NCBI RefSeq assembly: GCF_006345805.1
Contig: NC_043018.1
Coordinates: forward strand, 25,668,001 to 25,732,000
DNA: 64,000 bases
Direction: 5' to 3'
Source: Octopus sinensis
Lineage: Eukaryota
In this document: piece by piece, positions 50,597 through 62,689 of the stretch
How the letters are laid out: each line of letters opens with the position of its first letter
Numbering within the stretch: position 1 is the stretch's first letter
Position numbers and translations under genes: made by a program
Notes under the pieces: generated by a model
Seen by the model: only the letters and a program-made list of their open reading frames with translations
Databases searched by the model: none
Told to the model about the DNA's origin: nothing

Positions 50597-53500
50597 ATGA
50601 TCAAGATTGGTTGTGTAAATGCGCGTGGCTTGGGGTCCCCTTGGAAACAAGGGTACCTCTTAAATGACATAAAGTCACATAAGTTAGAAATCATAGCCAT
50701 AAGCGAGACCAGACTCCACAATCCGCGGGCCCTAAAGACCATGTTTGGCGGACAGTTCAACATTTATTTTTCCCCCGTCTGCCGAGAATGGGCGGTAGTG
50801 GCACCGCGGTACTTTTTCACAAGAGTCTGGATCTCAATGTAAGGACAATATTCGTAGACCCGGAGGGTAGACTGGTCGTCCTGGATGTCGACGGCAGCAA
50901 TGGGTGCGCTTTTCGGCTCGTATCAGTTTACGCACCGCCCTTAACAGGTCGGGCGGATTTCTTTCAACGTCTAGAAGTTTTCTTGGGAACGTCTCGTCCT
51001 TTACTCTTAGTGGGGGATTGGAATGCTACCTTGGACACGCATGTAGACTACGTGGGTAGAGATAGGAATAGACGGGGATGCAAATGCCTCAGAGACCTGC
51101 TCAGACGCTTTCAACTGTCTGACAGGTTTCGACTAGACCACCCGAATGCGCCAACGTGGACATGGAGCAACCGCATCGGGTCGTCGAGATCGTATCTAGA
51201 TAGAGGATACTGTGTAGGACAGTAGATAGAGATAGCATAGGATGTCCACAATTCCACATAGTCAGCTACACGGATCACAAACTTGTGACATGTACGCTAG
51301 ACTTAGGTAAGACACTTAGGCAGGGTCCCGGATACTGGAAACTAAACGCGTCTTTCCATCGAGACAAGTTTTCAGAGACCGGATTAGCACACTAGTAAAG
51401 AGGGCTTTGACGGGAGCCATCATCAACAACAAATGGTGGTTTGCCCTCAGAGAGAGCAGTAAAAGCAGAAGCGATTAGGTACAGCAAAGCACTAGCCATA
51501 GATAGAAATAGAGTAGAGGGTGAGCTAGTTAAGAAGCTAGAAGAGGCAATTAGAAGCGCATCATCGCATCCGACGTTTTGGCGGCGAGGTTGGCCCTCGA
51601 CCAACACTTCAACGCCAAACACGAAGGATGTGCTGTCAGAGCTAGGATGCGTGCTCTAAGGAACGAAGGTGTTGGAGCCGCGAGAGAGGCCCGGGTGGCA
51701 GAGGCGCAACAGGGCAACAAAGCCACCATTCGGTCACTGGTAGAGTGAACAGGGGCGCGAATTGCTCGAGCCAAGTAAAATGTGTGAGGCCTTTCAGCAG
51801 CATTTTGCCCGACTGTTCGGAACGAGTGGAGGGCAAGAACGTAGGGTGGACTTCAGTGCCTACCTACATAGCCTACCACGACTCTCGACAAGAAAGGCAG
51901 GGTGCTGCGAAGGTGCCATCACGGCGGCGGAAGCGGGAAGGGAAGCGATGGCAGAATGCTCGAATGCAGAGGACAAATCACCGGGTTGGATGGTCTACCC
52001 TACGAGCTTTACAATTGTATGCCAGACTTGTTTGGAGGCTTGGGGCGGTGTACTGCAACTGGCAGCAAAACGGGAGCATTCCTGGTTTTGTGAGCCGAGG
52101 AGCCGTAACACTGCTGAAGAAGAAAGATCTAAACAAGGGAAATGTAATAGATAACTTTAGGCCCATCACTCTGCTTAATACAGACTTGAAAATTTTGGCC
52201 AAGGTGCTAGCCAAGAGGTTGGCGCTTGTCATCGAGAAACTGGTCGACAAGGCGCAAACATGCGCCGTGCCAGGCCGGACCATCCATGACAACCTCCATC
52301 TGATGCGCTACATCATAGACAGGGTAGTTAACGAACCTGGCATGGGTGGGGCCCTGATCAACTTGGATCAATCAAAAGCCTTGATAGGGTAGACCATCGA
52401 TACTTGGAGGCAGTCCTGAGAGCGGCTGGTTTCGGTCCCGTCTTCCGCGGCTGGATAGCTGCCTTGTACAGAGGCATCCGTTCGGTAATTCGCGTAAATG
52501 GACATCTATCGAGACCTTTCGACATTGCACGTTCGGTCCGTCAGGGATGCCCCCTCTCGGCACTTCTATACGTATTGACTCTTGAGCCACTACTGCGGAA
52601 GCTGGCGACTCTAAGGGGCATCCCGCGAGAATTGGGATGCGGGACGAGCGTGTCTGCATACGCGGACGACGTCACCGTCATAGTGTCTAGCCACGAGCAC
52701 ATCGAGCTGGTCGGCGAGACACTGAAAAACTACGAAGCGGTGACAGGAGCGAAAATCAACCGGGAAAAGTCAGTGGGCTTGCGACTAGGCACCTGGAGAA
52801 GCAAGCCCATGCCGTCCACCAGCGCCTCCGTCGTGGGACGCTGGACCGACGGCCCGGTTGAGTTGCTCGGGGTCTGGTTTGGTCCGGACCTCCAAGTGGA
52901 GAAGAACTGGAACGAGATAACGAGTAGGGTGGTCACTCTCGCCCGGCAATGGGCCGAGAGGAGGAAACTGTCCCTAAAAGGTCGAGCGGAGGTGGCGAAC
53001 ACGTACATCGCGTCCGTCATCTACTACCGCCTGACCGTCGTACCTTGTCCCGACCCTACCATCACCAAACTACAACGCATCCTCTTTCGCTTCTTGTGGA
53101 AAGGATGCGTCCCGATGGTCAGGCGATCCATTTGCTGTCAACACCCGTTAAAAGGAGGGCTGGGCATGCCGTGGTTGATGATGCGCAGACACGCGCTGAG
53201 ACTGCGACATCTCTGGCTCTATGTAGACGACGGTGAACAGGTGTGGTCGCCGTTTGTGAGGCACGCTTTCCCGCAGCTCGTCTCCATGACCGAACTGCAG
53301 TCGTGGATCAAAAAGAGGCCGAGGAAGGGCGAATGGCACCGCGAGTGTCGCGTTGCTCTCAAGCAACTCTGCCGTCCTGGGTCGACCTTAAGTGACTTCA
53401 ACACAACCCAAAGCATTCTATAGGGGTTTAGTGGAGGGGAGGTACGACGACGAGCTCGGGGCGAACCTGGACGTCGACGAGGAGTACCTGACCCGCCTGT

Positions 53501-54049
53501 TCGGGACGACTTTCGGGCCAGGGCCCATGGACAACTTCCAGAGATCCCTGGCCTGGCAGTGCTACCGAGAAGCGCTACCCGTTCGGGATAAGCTCTACAG
53601 ACACGGCTCGAGAAACACGGGGCCGACCTGCCCGAGATGCGGTCAGAGCGACGAAAACCGTTCTGCACGCACTCGTTCAGTGTCCAACAATTTCCGACCT
53701 GTGGGCTTATGTCGAACAACTGCTGTCACGTGTGGGACGAGTCGGTTTATCAGCTGAGTCTATCGTCAATATTGTCACGCCTCCTTCCTTCAAACGGGAA
53801 GGAAGAGCTATTTTCATCATCCTTGTGGCTATGGCGAAAGAATGTATCTGGTGGACGCGTCTGAAAGGATTGGAGACAAACACTTTCCTCTCTGGTCAAT
53901 CTCTCATCAACTTCTTCAAGTACCACTTGAAAAGGAAAGTGAGAGTAGAGAGGCAAGTTTTGTCTAGCGAATGTTTTAAAAAAAGATGGGTGAATGTAGC
54001 AAGAATGGCACGTATGAATGACGAAGCCACCTTGAGCATAGTCCTATGA
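50597..54049 (+). pseudogene. Tx1 ORF2 (APE endonuclease plus reverse transcriptase), several frameshifts and stops
   Basis: GCVNARGL, AISET, LVGDWNA, SYLDR (APE); NFRPITLLNTDLKILAK, LDQSKA, RQGCPLS, AYADDV, LLGVWF (RT); C-terminal CPRCGQSDE. Confidence 0.95.
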
Positions 54050-54449
54050 ACCCAGAAATCGAAAACAGAGAGTTGCTTATTTGCAAAAAAAAAAAAAAAA
54101 AAAAAAGAAATATAAAATGTGACTCATTGACCGAGGTTACCGTGGTCTTTTCCGTAGGCTTTTCTTTCCACGGGTAAACCTCACCTGTCCTCCCCTTACA
54201 CTTCATATTGACATTTCTGTGATAACGATCCCTATTGATCAATTTTTTTTTCCTCTCCCCATTTTTTTTTTTTTTTTTTAACCCCCCCTTTTTTGTCCTC
54301 TTTCTCTCCTTTTACGATCCCTTTTGTCGATCGAAACTCCCCCTTCCTTTTTTTTTTTTTTTTTTTTTTTTAAACCTTCAAAAGAAAAGCTCTCGACCTT
54401 GTAATTTGTTCTATCTGTGTGCAGCCCTGTGTGGCTAATAAAAGAAACA

Positions 54450-54532
<83 letters not shown>

Positions 54533-54559
54533 GTATATATCTATCTGTCTATCTATCTG

Positions 54560-54636
<77 letters not shown>

Positions 54637-54655
54637 ATGCCTATATGTATATATA

Positions 54656-54871
54656 CGAGGAAGTGTTGAAAAGTTCCTAGTTTTGGATAAAAGAAAATAC
54701 AAGAGGATCAGTGAATTATGATTTTATTCAACATATTCTTCTCTCAGATTCAGACATTTATTGCAGTGGTCCTTTAGTTTTTCTAAGCCCTGTAAAAGTA
54801 CTTAGAAGGTTGGGTCTCCAGCCAGGCCTTTCACGATACCCATAAAGCCAAGAACTTTTCAACACCCCTAG
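54656..54871. mobile_element. Mariner-type MITE, 216 bp
   Basis: TA|CGAGGAAGTGTTGAAAAGTTCC ... AGAACTTTTCAACACCCCTAG|TA. Confidence 0.85.
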
Positions 54872-54902
54872 TACACATATATGTTCCCCCCCCCACACAC
54901 AC

Positions 54903-54936
<34 letters not shown>

Positions 54937-54997
54937 GCATACATAAACATACACATACCTATATGAATACATACATGTGTGTATGTGTGTATGCTCG

Positions 54998-55030
<33 letters not shown>

Positions 55031-55297
55031 CATATATATGTATGCGTGTGTGTGTGTGTCTGTATTCATATGCACACACACAATACTCATACAGATCGAC
55101 ACACGCACGTATATCTACGCATGCGCGTACAACACGCGGGTACAGGTAGCTGTAAACATATTAATATAAAGCAATCAACCAGGCAACAACCGTGACTATA
55201 AATATTTAAATATAATATAATATATATATATAGATAATGCTATACATACATATATATAATATATATGCATATATATACATATATATGTGATATATGC

Positions 55298-55366
<69 letters not shown>

Positions 55367-55401
55367 TATATATATTATATATATCTATATGTATATATAT
55401 A

Positions 55402-55492
<91 letters not shown>

Positions 55493-55744
55493 ATATAAAA
55501 AAGAATGCGATTTTCCATCAACGCAGTAATTAATGAACAGCCAGTAAAAAACTTCACAGATCAACGTTGAATTTTCACTCAACTTTCAGCCGAATAAACC
55601 ATAAATTATCTTAATTCAATACGAATCCTTAACCCTAACCTCTTCCATCCATCATCTAATCACAACCGGCACCCGTTACCAGAAAGAAAAAAGAAAAAAA
55701 AGACAAAAATAAAGTAAAAATAAGAAAGACACAAAAAATTACGA

Positions 55745-55954
55745 TAATGGTAGTAATAGTAATAAAAATAATAATAACAATGATGATGATGATGATGATG
55801 ATGGTGATGATGTTGATAATGATGCTGCCGCTGCGGCTGATGGTGATGATAATGATGATGATCATGATAAGAATAGTAATAATAATAATGAAGATGATGA
55901 AGATGATGATGATGACAACGACGATGTTGCTGCTGCTGCTGCTGATATTGATGT

Positions 55955-56003
<49 letters not shown>

Positions 56004-56037
56004 AATAATGATGATGATGATGATGACAAAGGTGATA

Positions 56038-56129
<92 letters not shown>

Positions 56130-56240
56130 TATGATGATGATGATGATGATGATGACGACGACGACGATGATGATGATGATGGTGGTGACGATGATGATGA
56201 TGAAGATGATGATGGTGATAAAACTGATGATGATGATAGC
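55745..56240. repeat. (ATG)n/(AAT)n compound microsatellite
   Basis: Direct reading. Confidence 0.95.
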
Positions 56241-57179
56241 GGTAACTTTCCAAAGCAAATATTCAATAGTATGCAGATCTGCCCACATACTAATCGATGA
56301 AAATTATGTTATTGATTTCAAATCTTGAAAATTATTTAAGTGGTAACATTGACATGTATTTTTTTTTCAAACATGAAATTTGCATTTACGTATAATTTAT
56401 TGATAGTTTTTATTATTAAAATACTACTTTGTTCTAGATTTTTAACTGTATTAACAGACTATTGTATCTGAAGTTATTTTCCAAGCTATTAATGTTGTTA
56501 TTTTCGCCTATGTTTTTTTTTATTGTTTATGTTGTTGCTGAAGCTGTCGTTTGTTTTGTTTCAACCCGCCTCTCCCTCCGCCAACCTCCGGTCATTTCAT
56601 GCAGGGCTTTATTTCATCTCTTATTTTTACCCCGTTTATTTATTCCAGTTATTAGACTGGGGTTGTGTAGGGGTTAACCCCTTGAATGATTTTTGGTCGA
56701 ACGAATCGATTCCAGTATTGTTACTTTTTTTATAAGCCTGACACGTTTTTCCTATCAGGTCTTTATGCAGAACTGCTAAGTTATAGGGACGTGAACAAAC
56801 CAACACTGGTTGTGAAGTGATACATGGGGACAAACACAGTCACAAAGATACACACCACATGCACATTCTACCTATCCATATATATATATATATGTGTGTG
56901 TGTATCTGTATTCATATGCGCACACACATACACTCATACACATATACACACGCATGTATATCTACGCATGCGTACACACACGCGGGTACAGGTAGCTGTA
57001 AACATATTTATGTGTGGTAAGTGTGGTAAGTAGCTTGCTTACCAACCACATGGTTCCGGGTTCAGTCCCACTGCGTGGCACCTTGGGCAAGTGTCTTCTG
57101 CAATAGCCTCGGGCCGACCAAAGACTTGGTAGACGGAAACTGAAAAGAAGCCCGTCGTATATATGTATATGTATATATA

Positions 57180-57690
57180 TAAGTACCAGTTTCGTACTGG
57201 GGTCGATCTAATCGACTGGCCCCGTCACCAAAATTTCAGGCCTTGTGCCTATAGCAGAAAGGATTATAAATTAATTATACTATAATTATAATTTATAATT
57301 ATCTATACTTATGTTCAAATTCCGCCGAGGTCGACTTTGCCTGTCATCCTTTCGGGATCGATTAAATTAAGTACCAGTTACGTATTGGGGTTGATCTAAT
57401 CTACTGGCCCTCGTCACCAAAATTTCGGGCCTTGTGGCTAGAGTAGAAAAGATTATTATATATACTTATAAGGGCGAGCTGGCAGAATCGTTAGCACGCC
57501 GGGTGAAATGCTTAACCCTATTTCGGCAGTCGCTACGTTCTCAGTTCAAATTACGCCGAGGTCGACTTTGCCTTTCATCCTTTCGGGATCGATTAAACTA
57601 AGTATCAGTTACACACTGGTGTCGGTGTAATCGACTACCCCTCCCCTAAATTTCAGGCCTTGTGCCAATAGTAGAATGGATTATTATCTA
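57180..57690 (+). mobile_element. Tandem partial copies of SINE family B
   Basis: AAGTACCAGTT...GGGTCGAT.TAATCGAC...AAATTTC.GGCCTTGTG occurs three times. Confidence 0.8.
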
Positions 57691-58129
57691 TACTTATGTG
57701 TACATAAAATAATTCAACCAAAAGTTACGTATAAGCTGAAAACGATGGCGAATTGGCAGAAACGTTAGCGCGCCGGGCAAAACGCTTAGAAGCATTTCGT
57801 CCGTCTTTCCGTTCTGAGTTCAAATTCCGCTGCAGACAACTTTGTGGTTATCCATAACAGTACAACAGGGAGACTAATAAGGTTGAAGTTCCTTTTGGGG
57901 AGTTGAATAAATACCCCAATCCATTAAAATAGTGGCGTTCATGCCCGCTTTTGACATCGCCTAACATGTCCTCCGTTTTAAAATCAGCAGAATGTGATGT
58001 GAGGAATAGAAGGCATCTCGGGGTTAAGTATCTATTTCAATGAAAATAGGGCAAATTAAAGTTTAAAAAGCCTAAAAGAATATTATGTTTACTTAATTAT
58101 GATACCAAAATAAATAGATTTATAATCTC

Positions 58130-58552
58130 ATACTCTTTCTCTTTACTCTCTCTTTTACTTGTTTCAGTCATTTGACTGCGGCCATGCTGGAGCACCGCCT
58201 TTAGTCGAGCAACTCGACCCCGGGACTTATTCTTTTGTAAGCCCAGTACTTATTCTATCGGTCTATTTTGCCGAATCGCTAAGTGACGGAGACGTAAACA
58301 CACCAGCATTGGTTGTCAACCAATGCTAGGGGGACAAACACAGACGCACAAACACACACATCATATATTTAATATATATATATACATATAACGACAGGCT
58401 TCTTTCAGTTTCCGTCTACCAAATCTACTCACAGGCATTGGTCGGCCCGGGCTATAGCAGAAGACACTTGCCCAAGGTGGCCACGCAGTGGGATTGAACC
58501 CGAACCATGTGGTTGGTTAGCAAGCTACTTACCACACAGCCACTCCTGCGCC
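58130..58552 (-). mobile_element. SINE family A
   Basis: Full-length match to other copies. Confidence 0.9.
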
Positions 58553-59711
58553 TATGTCCAAACTTTATTGAAAATTTTCAACATGTGCTCCATCTGTATC
58601 TTTGCAAATTTCAAATCTATCCATAGCATTGTGAAACACATTTTGAAGCATTTCTGGAGAGTTATCTCCTGCACTGCTAACTGAATGCATTCTTGAAGTT
58701 CAGCTAAACTATTGCTCCATCCTGGGGATGGATGTACAGATAATGATTGCAGCCAAATTGAAAAAATGAAAGCTGCCTTGGACAGATAAGTGGAATCCAA
58801 CAAGAATGCAAATAAAATTATATTTAAAAAATGATAAAAACTATAAAAGTTATAAAATTGTAAACAAAATTAAAAATTTATACACTTTTAACAAATTAAA
58901 TACGATTAACAAAATTTTTCATTGAAATAGTTAATTCCGGGCCCCCCTTTATTTAACAGCGGTCTCTTTTTAACAAGGAGACTAATCACGTAGAGCTTTC
59001 TTTTTGGAAGTTGAATAAATACCATTTGCTTACTGCGGTCATGTCAAATGACTAAGCATTAATCTTCAAAAAAAAAAAAAAAAAAAACGAGCAAAAAAAA
59101 ACCGTGGCCTCGATGCCAGGCATTGGTTAAATTCCTTTATTCTGATTTCTTCGAAATGCGGTCCATTTATTTGCTCATAGGGTTTCTTTTGATCAAAATC
59201 ATGCCTCAACAAGCAATAACAAAAGCGAGGGTTTATGAAAGAAAAAAAAAGAAAAAAAACAATGACCGTGAATGAGATGTGTTCAATTGCATTAATCAAT
59301 AGATATGAAAATCGATAGGGAACACAAGAGGTTATTTCGGAAATGCAGGAAGCAATATAATTGTCAAATTAGCATTTTTTCCAAATAAATTTATATATAA
59401 TTTAGTGATAACATTTTAGATAATTGCCTCATCCTATCCATCATCGAGTTAGCTGTTAGCCAAAATTAACGGAAGAAAAACAATGGTGTGGCTAGTATCA
59501 GCATTTTTATATTTGGTATATATATATATATATATATGTACAAATACACACACACACACCACACACACCACACATATATATATATACACACACACGCATG
59601 CACGCACACACATATACATATATATGTGTGATAGATCGTTAGCCACTACACACATAGGTGAAAATCCGCGAAGTAGAAACAATACTTTAACTGTATATTT
59701 TTTAAAACCAT

Positions 59712-59988
59712 TATATACATTATTTACATTCGATGGATATTTGTCCTCATCTTGTTTGTTGTTAACACAACGTTTCGGCTGATATACCCTGCAGCCTTCT
59801 TCAGGTGTCTTGGGGAAATTTCGAACCTGGGTTCTCACTCCTAAGGTATTTTTCGATGTTATTATTATTATTATTATTATCATCATTATTATTATTATTA
59901 TTGCTGTTAGTGTTCAGGTCACTGCTTGGAATCGAACTCGGAATCTTGGGGTTAGTAGCCCGCGCTCTTAACCACTACGCCATATGTC
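59712..59988 (-). mobile_element. tRNA-headed element with an (AAT)n linker and hammerhead-bearing tail
   Basis: A box TGGCGTAGTGG (59982-59972), B box GAGTTCGATTCC (59939-59928), (AAT)n ~59852-59903, hammerhead 59809-59764. Confidence 0.8.
59764..59809 (-). ncRNA. Minimal type I hammerhead ribozyme, core intact
   Basis: Stem I GACAC/GTGTT; CTGAAGA plus extra A; stem II GGCTG/CAGCC; GAAA; palindromic ACGT stem III; GUU triplet, predicted cut between 59769 and 59768. Confidence 0.8.
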
Positions 59989-60189
59989 CCCCAACAATTT
60001 TCCATATGAATGAGATAGTATATATCTCTCTTCGGCGTCAAGAGACTCAGCGCTTTCAGACATTCTCGATAAATAAGACTTTTAACCGAAGGTATTTTAC
60101 CAGTGAACGTTCCTTGTAACCCTTGAATTTCTTGAGACCGGATGAGTTTGAAGATTAAATCTGTAAGCAGTAATATAAACTGCTCAGAA

Positions 60190-61010
60190 CTAGGGTTTTC
60201 CCTAAAAAAAAACTAACTACCGGTTCACTTTTCATGAATGTTCGTAGGATGCAGCCTATGAGTTTGCTGCATTTAAAGGTTAGTTTGATAATATGGCTGA
60301 TGGAAAGTCCTGTAGGTCATTATTGCTCTGAATCATTACGTTACTTTGTGTCAAAAATTGCGATTTGTGTGAATTCGTTTGTAATGAAGAAGCTGAAATT
60401 TGAATGTACTAATTTTCGTATTTTTTCTGGTTTAGCTCCTAGCCATCGATATTCTTGTGCTATTCACTCCCTGATGTATATGACGTACTACAGGTAACTT
60501 AGAGAGAAATCCATTTGCAGTAATAGGTTGACCCCTACCGTATAGGGAGTTAAAGAACCATTCTCCGACTTTTCCTGTGATAGCAAGATTTCTTAAATTA
60601 TGACATGATTCCATGATCGGTCTTGTCAAACGCCTTAACAATATCAAGGTATTAACAGTCAATGATCTTTCCATTTAAGAGATTATCAGAGGTAGTGTTA
60701 TGATGCTGTAAGAATTGTGACAGGCAACTTCGTTCAGTCCGAAACCTATACCGAGTGTCATCTAAGTTGTTTTCCTCCAGGTATGTTATTACTTTTTGTC
60801 TTCGGACAAGACATTGGATAATTTTAGATGTATAAGACGTGAGGGAAACAGGTCTGTAATTTTTAGCTTCAGCACTGCTACCTCCTTTGTACCTATATAG
60901 GTTTTATTATAGTTTCTTTCAATAGTCTCGGGAATATGGCAGTATCTGGCGACCTTTGAAATAGTACCTTTAATGATTTCCTCGATACAACAAAAGACTT
61001 TCCACACAAC
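60190..61010 (-). mobile_element. CR1/L2-group LINE RT fragment, degraded
   Basis: KGGSSAEAKNYRPVSLTS...YLEENNL...RSCLSQFLQH...YLDIVKAFDK.DHG...LRNLAITGKVGEW. Confidence 0.85.
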
Positions 61011-62139
61011 AAATCATTACCCGTCCAGTTATGGGAAAATAATTGGACGGGTAATGATTTGTTGTATGGGGAAGTCTTTTGTTGTACCGAGGAAAGCGTT
61101 CGTATCCCTCCACTTCAGTTACTTAGTTCCAGGCTGGATATAATCCTCGGACCAGCTAAGATTAGTAAAATTAAAGACCCCTGTTAAAAGCATATTAGCC
61201 CGTGTGCTGGCCTCAGCTAGGGTTAGACTTATGAGCGAAAAAAAGCACCTCTGAAGTGATCTTCATGGTTCACCGCGTCAGGATGACGGTAGGTAATTCT
61301 TTCAATATCATTTCTTTTTTATATAGATTAATCTGAAATTGTGGAATACATTTTTTTCGCAAATTAGGTAATTTCGGGGCTGGTCTGCAATCATTTATAG
61401 TTAAATGTTTCCTTTCAAAATCTATTAAAACTAGTATTTCGAATGAGCAATAAATATCAAAGTATTTAACAATGAGCATTAAATATCAAAGATAAAAATA
61501 AATCATTTTGTTCCCTTGTCAAACTTTGGACCTAACAGCCTAAATGAGAAAATCAATATGACTGAAAGAATTTTGAAAGGACTTTTATTTTTAGGCTGAG
61601 GTCAAACAGTCGAATCCATTCAACCATGTCGTCAGTCTTTAGCGACATCAACTACAAAGAACATGAGAGAGGTGACAGATAGAGAGAGGACAAGAACCTT
61701 CACACATTTTCAGCATTGCAAGATTTTGGAGTTATTTTTGTCAGAATAGAGCTGTCTTCAAGAATCCAAGTAATGTATTGAAGAGTAGCCGTAGATGCTG
61801 GTCATATTGTTGTTCTTGTTGTTTGCTACTACTGTTGTTGTCACATACTTTTTATTTTGACGCTACTTTGCTTCAGAAGTTGGTTAGTCATAAATTCCCT
61901 TGGGAATTTTAAGCTCAGCTTCATCACTTTTATTTATTTATTTATTTTTGTTCTTTGTTTTTGCTTTGAAACGAAATCTAGCTTCAAGTATCTTATACAG
62001 ATAATTTTTAGACACTATTTTCTGAAACTGGTAAAATTATGTAGGGGGTGCAAATTTTGATCTTGCACAACCTGAAAATTCCAAGGGGTGCAGGTGCACC
62101 CGCTGCACCCCTGTTCCCGGGTCCTTGGTTGAAAACGAA

Positions 62140-62370
62140 TCAATATGATAAATTGCTAAATGAGATCTACATTTCCACTAAATATAAGACAGCTAACATA
62201 CGCGGGTACAATGGTATTAACGATGAAGCTAAACTTCTCGCTAAAATAGCAAAATCGATGATTGATTAGAATGCTTAGCTAAAAAGGAAGCTTTTATTAC
62301 TTTAAAAGATCATAAACTTAATTTTCGTAATAAACCCACTTGTAGATTGTTAAACCCATCGAAGACTTAA
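62140..62370 (+). mobile_element. Penelope-like element, RT N-terminal fragment
   Basis: YDKLLNE...INDEAK...[32 protein letters not shown], resembling the [14 protein letters not shown]...P.CRLINP motif. Confidence 0.75.
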
Positions 62371-62689
62371 ATTATAAAAAAGAAACACACCTGCGCACAC
62401 GAACACCAATGTTTGCTCGCAAATTCATATCTGTTATGTTTTTTTACGTTAAAACTTCACAAATCGCAACTTTAAGTTTCCCGCCAGTGATTCTCAAGCA
62501 CTGAAATAAATAATACAAATAAAATTGTTTGTTTATACTTGACAGAAATAAGAATTGAATATAAGACTTATGTAAGCAAAAGAAAAAACCATTATTGGTT
62601 TCAAGCATTTTACAGTTAAGTTCTACGTTAAACGGCGTTCAATTGTTAGATATTTGAACAAAAATTTCAATTTCTTGTGACAAAAATTA

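Larger units (their letters stand above)
48339..54449 (+). mobile_element. Near full-length Tx1/L1-clade non-LTR retrotransposon
   Basis: 5' UTR, ORF1 from ATG 48557, ORF2 from ATG 50597, 3' UTR with T-runs and AATAAA at 54437-54442; (TATC)n on both flanks. Confidence 0.93.

Noticed and set aside
50597-50600. ATGA stop-start overlap between ORF1 and ORF2
   Set aside because: The more protein-like ORF1 frame (KKLYWDLLEDKP...) ends at TAA 50567-50569, so the overlap is probably in a non-coding frame
59915-59988. Genuine tRNA gene (ACT anticodon)
   Set aside because: Acceptor and anticodon stems do not pair fully; better explained as a SINE head
60789-61007. GIY-YIG nuclease suggested by KTYIGT in the ORF track
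   Set aside because: Another frame gives KGGSSAEAKNYRPVSLTS, a clear CR1-type RT motif
62467-62504. Hammerhead 3' half downstream of the PLE endonuclease (minus strand)
   Set aside because: Stem, GAAAC and palindrome are present, but there is no CUGANGA core or stem I
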